A stretch of DNA of 14,121 nucleotides from assembly GCA_018238625.1 (NCBI GenBank), contig JABCSY010000104.1, positions 1 through 14,121 of the forward strand. The letters run 5' to 3'. This DNA comes from Promethearchaeota archaeon (lineage in GTDB: Archaea; Asgardarchaeota; Lokiarchaeia; Sigyniarchaeales; SOKP01). The position numbers and the translations under genes were made by a program. Within the stretch, counting starts at the first letter, position 1. Every line of letters starts with the position of its first letter. The notes below the pieces were generated by a model. The model saw only the letters and a program-made list of their open reading frames with translations, ran no database searches and was not told where the DNA came from. Positions 8,515 to 14,121 of this stretch are shown one piece after another.

Positions 8515-8891
8515 TCTTGTGTCTCTTTAAAAATTATTATCTTTATTAGAAAAGATTCTATTTATTATTAAAAAGGTAGACGAGTATAAATTTTTAATAT
8601 TTATAAAAGAATTAATATAAATCTTTTATTGAAAGTATGCGTTGTTGATGTATATATTATTGATCATCAATTTTTATAGAATGCCTTCTGATAAGGATTA
8701 TATAGAATGTTGCCTAATTAGAATTAGGTTTTGCTAACTTATAGGATAAAAACTAGCTAAGTTTAATCTGGTAGTGAATGAATATGGTGGAGGAACAGAA
8801 GTCCAAGCTATTTTTTTTGGGAATATTCCCAGTAATAATAACACAACCTAATAAGTTATAAGAAGTTAGAAAGAATTCATGAGTTCAAGTT

Positions 8892-9365
8892 TCACTTCTT
8901 TTGTAGGTTCTGCTTCAGGTTCTGAGCAAACTCTTCTGCATGTTTGAGGTCTTCAGCATTAGGTCTACCCTTATTCATTCCCCCAAAATATTTCATGAAA
9001 CTATTTGTGTTAAAACCTTTACAAGCAAATTCATCAACGATCATGTAACCTTTCGATTGCAGTTTTTCCCTAAGCAGCGAGTGATCTTTGGCGACTTTGG
9101 CTTCTCCCGTAAATGCACTGGTTGAGTAAATGAATGCTTTCCTGTTGGTGACTTGGGGTAGTATATCGGCAAGGTCAAGCAGATCTTTATGGTGTTTTGC
9201 ACCATATATCCCTGAGCCAAAGCCTATTAGATTATACTCTTGAAGCTCTTCAGTGTTTATTTGCTGTGGCGTTTTTATTTGTGCATCAAGAACTTTTGCG
9301 AAGACGTTAGCGATTTTCTCAGTATTATGATGATGATATGAAAACAAAACCAATAGAGATTTCAT
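8892..9365 (-). CDS. Flavodoxin family protein
   Basis: Motifs: FSYHHHNTEKIA (FMN phosphate loop), IGFGSGIY, AFIYSTS, EFACKG, KGRPNAEDLKHAEEFA. Confidence 0.88.
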   Translation of the reverse strand: MKSLLVLFSYHHHNTEKIANVFAKVLDAQIKTPQQINTEELQEYNLIGFGSGIYGAKHHKDLLDLADILPQVTNRKAFIYSTSAFTGEAKVAKDHSLLREKLQSKGYMIVDEFACKGFNTNSFMKYFGGMNKGRPNAEDLKHAEEFAQNLKQNLQKK

Positions 9366-9404
9366 AGGTATCGAAACATTCTCTTACTTTTAAGATTATC
9401 GGAC

Positions 9405-9545
9405 TTAGAAATGCATATACTTTCTTTCATTTGGTTCGAGTTTCACTTTCTCAAATTGTTTTAATTCTTTTGGAGGGCGATCAATACTACTTTCAACATC
9501 TTGAATATATAATTGAATAATTTTCGTTCTTGATCGGTTATTGTT
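9405..9545 (-). pseudogene. Remnant of the Fn3-like C-terminal domain of a second GH3 beta-glucosidase
   Basis: The minus frame between TAG (9546-9548) and TAA (9405-9407) reads NNNRSRTKIIQLYIQDVESSIDRPPKELKQFEKVKLEPNERKYMHF*. By hand alignment it is 21/35 aa identical to EIAQLYISYNNSSVDRPIKELKGFGKVHLNPGETK (9704-9808) of the adjacent gene. No start codon precedes the homologous segment. Confidence 0.85.
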
Positions 9546-9553
9546 CTATCAAT

Positions 9554-11626
9554 TTATGTTATTCTAAACGATGTTGATATAAAACTCTCCTCTTTAGAAG
9601 AGGGGCCAACATTCGCAATATATTCAATTGGTTCAATAACCCATTTTTTCTTATTAGAATCGTAATACGATAGGTCTTCTGCTCTAAGCATTAAGGTTAA
9701 CGTTTTGGTTTCTCCAGGGTTCAAATGTACCTTCCCAAATCCTTTTAATTCTTTAATTGGGCGATCAACTGAAGAGTTATTATAACTTATATATAATTGT
9801 GCGATTTCTTCTCCCGCTATATGTCCATCGTTCGTAATATCCACATAAAACTCTATTTCAGCATTCTTAGGGATGGATTCGTTATTCTTGCGAAGGTTTT
9901 TATAAGTATAAGTTGTATAACTTAGTCCATGTCCAAAAGGGAAAGCAGGTTCATATCCATTTTTATCCATTAGTTTGTATCCATGATAATATCCATATTC
10001 AATAGATTTTGCAAATTTGTCAAAAAAGGGGAGTTGATCTTCTGATTTGGGAAAAACAATGGGAAGTTTACCACACGGATTAAATTTTCCAAAAATAATC
10101 TCCCCAATTGCTGTGCCACCCTCCATCCCAGGATACCACGCCATTAATATTGCTGGAACATTATCTTTCCAAGATTCTACTATTATTGAACTTCCCCCTT
10201 CTAATACGACAATAGATTTCTCGTTTGCTGAAGCAACTGCTAATATTAGTCTTTCGTCTTCCTCTGCCAATTCAAGCGAATCCCTATCTCCTCCTAAAGG
10301 AGGAATATATTCGCCTTCGTCATCGATTGTGTTACCTACAACAATAATTACAGCGTCAGTTTGACGAGCTAATTTATCAACATCCTCAATATTTCTTCCA
10401 TCATTGTGTATTATTTCTATTGTATTTCCAGCAGATTTTTTTATTCCCTCGAGAGGAGTTATTACGTAAGGCGGATAAACCCTGCTACTGCCGTTGTCTC
10501 CAATATTAGGCGTATCCGCAAGCTTTCCTATCACTGCAATTTTTTTAATATTGTTTTTATTTAGTGGAAGTAGATTTTTCTCATTTTTTAATAGTACTAT
10601 ACTTTTCCTCGCGGTATCTAATGCAAGCTGGATGTGCTCTTTACACGCAACTTTATCTATATTATATATCGCAGGATCTCCTTCATGAGCATACTTGAGT
10701 TTTAATCTCAATATTCTTAAAACGGCTTCATCAATTTGCTCTTCCGAAATTTTCCCTTTCTCTAACAGCCTTTTCAGCTTTATTGGTTTCATATGAATTC
10801 CAAAAGGCATCTCAATATCAACTCCAGCATTTACTGCATCCATTCCGTTTCGAATGCCCCGAACAAAATCTGTAATGACAAAACCTTTGAAATTCCAATC
10901 AGTTTTTAGTATATCACGTAAAAGATGTGAATTGTGGCCACAATATTTTCCATTGACCTTGTTATATGCATTCATAACGGATGTTACACCTGCTTCGACG
11001 CATTTTTTAAAATGCCTAAGATACACTTCCCTCAAGGTCCGTTCATCTATTTTTACGTCAACATCAAATCGCATGTTCTCCATGCTATTACACGCGTAAT
11101 GTTTTACACATGACATTATATGCTTCTGCGTTCCTTTTATAAGGGCCACTCCAAAGGCTCCAAGATGGAAACTATCTTCGCCATAAGTTTCTTGAGCCCT
11201 ACCCCATGCGGGATGTCTCAGAAGATTAATGCAAACGCCACCAAAATAATTAGCTCCTTGAGCTTTTGCTTCGATTCCGATCGCATTTCCTATATTTTCT
11301 TCTAGTTCCAAATCCCAAGTTGCCCCCCTTGCCATAGAAACAGGAAAACAAGTAGAATTGCCCAATGCCACGCCTCTAGGGCCATCAGTGAATTCAATAC
11401 CGGGAATCCCAAGATTATCATCAACACCAGCAGGAACGGGTTTATAATTATATCTTGATTCCGAACTCCCCGAAACCTCATCATGAAGACCAAGTTTACC
11501 ATCACCAATCATCTGCCAAGTTTTCTCTTTTATAGTCATAAGTGAAAGAATTTCTCGTGCTTTTTTGTTAATTTCATCTTCTGAGAGCCCAATTAACTTG
11601 TCCCACTTTAATTTTCGTTCTACCAT
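9554..11626 (-). CDS. Glycoside hydrolase family 3 beta-glucosidase/xylosidase (BglX-like), probably cytoplasmic
   Basis: Motifs: TDGPRGV, WGRAQETYGED, CVKHYACN, GFVITDF (nucleophile Asp), IVLLKN, AWYPGMEGG, FPFGHGLSYT, and a C-terminal Fn3-like RPIKELKGF. No signal peptide. Confidence 0.95.
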   Translation of the reverse strand: MVERKLKWDKLIGLSEDEINKKAREILSLMTIKEKTWQMIGDGKLGLHDEVSGSSESRYNYKPVPAGVDDNLGIPGIEFTDGPRGVALGNSTCFPVSMARGATWDLELEENIGNAIGIEAKAQGANYFGGVCINLLRHPAWGRAQETYGEDSFHLGAFGVALIKGTQKHIMSCVKHYACNSMENMRFDVDVKIDERTLREVYLRHFKKCVEAGVTSVMNAYNKVNGKYCGHNSHLLRDILKTDWNFKGFVITDFVRGIRNGMDAVNAGVDIEMPFGIHMKPIKLKRLLEKGKISEEQIDEAVLRILRLKLKYAHEGDPAIYNIDKVACKEHIQLALDTARKSIVLLKNEKNLLPLNKNNIKKIAVIGKLADTPNIGDNGSSRVYPPYVITPLEGIKKSAGNTIEIIHNDGRNIEDVDKLARQTDAVIIVVGNTIDDEGEYIPPLGGDRDSLELAEEDERLILAVASANEKSIVVLEGGSSIIVESWKDNVPAILMAWYPGMEGGTAIGEIIFGKFNPCGKLPIVFPKSEDQLPFFDKFAKSIEYGYYHGYKLMDKNGYEPAFPFGHGLSYTTYTYKNLRKNNESIPKNAEIEFYVDITNDGHIAGEEIAQLYISYNNSSVDRPIKELKGFGKVHLNPGETKTLTLMLRAEDLSYYDSNKKKWVIEPIEYIANVGPSSKEESFISTSFRIT

Positions 11627-11745
11627 TTCTTTTGAAACCTTTTTTATTGCTTTAATGAGTACTACAAAAAGATAAGTATTTTTCTTAATCTTTGATTATT
11701 TCTAATAATTAAAAATTCTTTGTTAAGATTCATAATAACTCATCA

Positions 11746-12480
11746 ATGCAGCACGAATTACTTCAAAAGGACTTTTCTTTAGATGAAGCAGAAGCATTTC
11801 AAAAGAAATATAGTTTAATTTTAAAAAAAAAAAGTCAAAAAAGTGTAATTAATACAAAAATTAATGATATTGAATGGGTTGTAGGGGTAGATATTTCTTA
11901 TTATAACAAAGGAAATGAAGAGTGGGGGGTTTCATGTGCGGTTCTCTGGAATTTGGTAAATAATGAGATGGAAAATCATTGTTTCGCGGAAGATATTATT
12001 AAATTCCCTTATAAACCCGGTTTTTTGGGTTTTAGAGAGTGTAACTTGCTTGCACAAGCTATAAACAAGCTTCCAGAAACTCCAGATATTATTATGTGCG
12101 ATGGCCACGGAATTATCCATCCTAAACGATTTGGAGAGGCAGTACAGTTAGGTTTAGCTTTAGACGTCCCAACTTTTGGTGTAGCAAAAAATCCGTTTAT
12201 TGGATATTCAGAGTGGAAAACATTAAAGAGAGAAAAAGGGAAAAAAGTGCCGGTCTGGGCTTATGATCCAAAAAAAGCAACTGATTCACCTCAAGAATTA
12301 ATAGGAAATGCTGTATGTTTAAACGATAGTATGAAACCTATCTTTATTAGCGTTGGGTGCAAAACAATTTTAGATTTATCTATAAAAGTTGCGTTAAAAA
12401 CAACTAAAAACCATAGACAACCAGAACCTCTTTATTTAGCAGATTACTTTTCAAGGGAAAAAATAATAGATCGTCTCTAA
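11746..12480 (+). CDS. nfi: Endonuclease V (deoxyinosine 3' endonuclease)
   Basis: Motifs: VVGVDISY, FPYKPGFLGFRE, MCDGHGIIHP, GVAKN, KPIFISVG, RQPEPLYLAD. The catalytic D/E/D/D set is present. Confidence 0.93.
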   Translation: MQHELLQKDFSLDEAEAFQKKYSLILKKKSQKSVINTKINDIEWVVGVDISYYNKGNEEWGVSCAVLWNLVNNEMENHCFAEDIIKFPYKPGFLGFRECNLLAQAINKLPETPDIIMCDGHGIIHPKRFGEAVQLGLALDVPTFGVAKNPFIGYSEWKTLKREKGKKVPVWAYDPKKATDSPQELIGNAVCLNDSMKPIFISVGCKTILDLSIKVALKTTKNHRQPEPLYLADYFSREKIIDRL

Positions 12481-12567
12481 CATTAATCGCTAATATTTTA
12501 GAGAAACGCTATTTTTAAAGAAAGAAAAATATTGTTAATTATTAAATAATAATAATAAATTAATTGG

Positions 12568-13767
12568 GTGATGTTTACGAGCTTTAAAGTAAAAAATAAT
12601 GTTTATTGGGTGGGTAAAGTAGACTGGGAACTCCAAAAATTCCATGGAGACGAATATTCCACGAATCGTGGTTCTACTTATAATTCCTACTTAATTAAGG
12701 AAGAGAAAATTGTACTAATTGATACTGTTTGGAAGCCTTTTTCGAAAGAATTTATCGAGAATCTATCTAAAGAAGTTGACTTAAATAAAATTGATTACGT
12801 TATTACAAATCACGCGGAGAGTGATCATAGCGGAGCACTTCCGGAACTCATGGAAAAAATACCAGAGACGCCAATATATTGTACTGCAAATGGTGTAAAG
12901 TCAATAAAGGGACATTATCATAAAGATTGGAATTTTCAAGTGGTAAAAACGGGGGATACGTTAGATCTAGGAAATGGTAAACAATTAATCTTTGTAGAAA
13001 TGAAGATGCTTCATTGGCCTGATAGCATGGCATGTTATCTAACGGGAGACAATATCTTGTTCAGCAACGATGCTTTTGGTCAACATTACGCTACTGAATT
13101 TATGTATAACGATCTAGTTGATCAAGATGAACTTTATGCAGAGTGCTTAAAATATTATGCTAATATTCTTACACCGTTCAGTATGTTTGTTGATAAAAAA
13201 ATCAAGGAAGTTTTAGATCTTAAAATCCCTATTGATATTATTGCAACAAGTCATGGTGTTATTTGGAGAGACAATCCAACCCAAATCGTAGAAAAATATT
13301 TAGCTTGGGCTAACGATTATCAAGAAAACCAGATTACAATATTATACGGTACAATGTGGGATGGAACAAAAAGAATGGCCGAAGCAATTACAAAAGGAAT
13401 TCGCGAAATTGATAAGCAAGTTAATGTTAAATTGTATAATGTAGCAAAAACCGATAAAAACGACTTAATTACAGAGATCTTTAAATCTAGGATTATTCTT
13501 GTGGGCTCACCTACTATTGGTGGAGGAGTTCTATCTGGTATCGCCGAAATTTTGGAATTGATTAAAGAAATGCGTTTTAAAAACAAGAAAGCGGCGTCAT
13601 TCGGCTGTTATGGATGGAGTGGAGAATCAATAAAGGTTATAAAGGAACATTTAGAAAAGAGTGGTTTTTCTGTAATTAACGACGGTATACGTGCTATGTG
13701 GAACCCTGATGATGAAAGTATAGAAAAATGCGTAGAATTCGGCAGAGAAATAGCTAATACTAAATAA
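12568..13767 (+). CDS. fprA: Class A flavodiiron protein (FprA-type O2/NO reductase: MBL domain + flavodoxin domain)
   Basis: Motifs: GSTYNSYLI, NHAESDH (HxExDH), LHWPD, SNDAFG, SHG, then flavodoxin YGTMWDGT, GSPT, FGCYGWSGE. No rubredoxin tail. GTG 12568 or ATG 12571 start. Confidence 0.93.
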   Translation: MMFTSFKVKNNVYWVGKVDWELQKFHGDEYSTNRGSTYNSYLIKEEKIVLIDTVWKPFSKEFIENLSKEVDLNKIDYVITNHAESDHSGALPELMEKIPETPIYCTANGVKSIKGHYHKDWNFQVVKTGDTLDLGNGKQLIFVEMKMLHWPDSMACYLTGDNILFSNDAFGQHYATEFMYNDLVDQDELYAECLKYYANILTPFSMFVDKKIKEVLDLKIPIDIIATSHGVIWRDNPTQIVEKYLAWANDYQENQITILYGTMWDGTKRMAEAITKGIREIDKQVNVKLYNVAKTDKNDLITEIFKSRIILVGSPTIGGGVLSGIAEILELIKEMRFKNKKAASFGCYGWSGESIKVIKEHLEKSGFSVINDGIRAMWNPDDESIEKCVEFGREIANTK

Positions 13768-13771
13768 TTAA

Positions 13772-13795
13772 TTTTTTTAATTTTTTTTTTATTTT
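13772..13795 (+). terminator. Oligo-dT terminator after the flavodiiron gene
   Basis: T7, T10 and T4 runs begin 4 nt after the TAA at 13765-13767. Confidence 0.55.
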
Positions 13796-13904
13796 ATAAA
13801 TTCTTTTACTGTAGCTACTCAAGGTAATAAATTTGTCCTATTCGGTATGATTTTTCCCATAATGAGAATTAAAAAAAAAGTTTTATTGTATTACTAAATC
13901 ATAT

Positions 13905-13991
13905 TTATTCAAAGATATCATCTAACCAATCAAATACAAAAGAACTCATTAAACCCAGATTTTCTCCCAAACAATGATGTCTTGCGTAATA
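13905..13991 (-). pseudogene. Remnant C-terminus of an alpha/beta hydrolase (FrsA/peptidase S9-like esterase type)
   Basis: The minus frame reads (TAA)YYARHHCLGENLGLMSSFVFDWLDDIFE*. This resembles the GAxxHCxxxNxxxxxxxxFDWLDxx C-terminal signature that carries the catalytic His in these hydrolases. An in-frame stop lies directly upstream (13992-13994). Confidence 0.65.
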
Positions 13992-14002
13992 TTAAATAGC
14001 AG

Positions 14003-14020
14003 TAAATAGTTAACTATTTA
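14003..14020. repeat. Perfect 18-bp palindrome TAAATAGTTAACTATTTA
   Basis: The sequence equals its own reverse complement. An extra TAAATAG half-site is at 13993-13999. Confidence 0.7.
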
Positions 14021-14121
14021 TAATTAAAATTGCATATAATCAATAATGACTCAAAAAACAATTTCACTAAACGAAAACTCATATAAACAATTAAAGAAAT
14101 TAAAAAAGAAAAACGAATCAT

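Noticed and set aside
9405-9556. Programmed readthrough or frameshift extending GH3 into the Fn3 remnant
   Set aside because: The remnant is in another frame, is preceded by its own TAG, is incomplete, and there is no slippery site at the junction.
11823-11833. A11 homopolymer in the 5' part of nfi as a phase-variation or frameshift site
   Set aside because: The frame is intact and A-runs encoding Lys are common in this AT-rich DNA. Read-level length variation would be needed to support it.
8940-13586. Short ORFs 8940-9125, 10047-10364, 10494-10688, 10854-11099, 11120-11305, 11302-11508, 11932-12120, 12848-13033 and 13320-13586
   Set aside because: All are nested in (antisense to or out of frame with) the flavodoxin, GH3, nfi or fprA genes.
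14014-14121. 35-codon hydrophobic minus-strand frame starting at the window edge
   Set aside because: It is T-rich, low-complexity sequence that is equally compatible with the stop and terminator of a gene outside the window. It cannot be resolved here.
1-14121. CRISPR array, tRNA/rRNA, transposase, integrase or defence system
   Set aside because: I saw no regularly spaced repeats, cloverleaf/rRNA signatures or mobile-element and defence protein motifs by eye.

Overview
AT-rich archaeal chromosomal window. The archaeal call rests on a Nre DNA-repair gene with a PCNA-binding PIP box, TATA-like promoters and oligo-dT terminators; an Asgard/Lokiarchaeia-like origin is my inference only. The ORF track misses the largest gene: a minus-strand reading frame from ATG 2385 that stays open to base 1 (>=795 aa). 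It encodes a secreted, sequon-rich surface glycoprotein with a ~200-aa internal tandem duplication. The other genes are a YhhQ/VUT preQ0/preQ1 transporter, an amidohydrolase with an N-terminal membrane domain, an NMO/FabK-like flavoprotein lacking the usual catalytic His, an amidohydrolase_2 protein, NreA, a flavodoxin, a GH3 beta-glucosidase, endonuclease V and a class A flavodiiron protein. Two unannotated gene remnants lie in intergenic DNA: a GH3 Fn3-like fragment at 9405-9545 and an alpha/beta-hydrolase C-terminus at 13905-13991. I found no rRNA, tRNA, CRISPR array or transposase, and no clear-cut new multi-gene system. The best leads are the repeat-containing surface protein, the membrane-anchored amidohydrolase beside yhhQ, and the EndoV + flavodiiron pairing.
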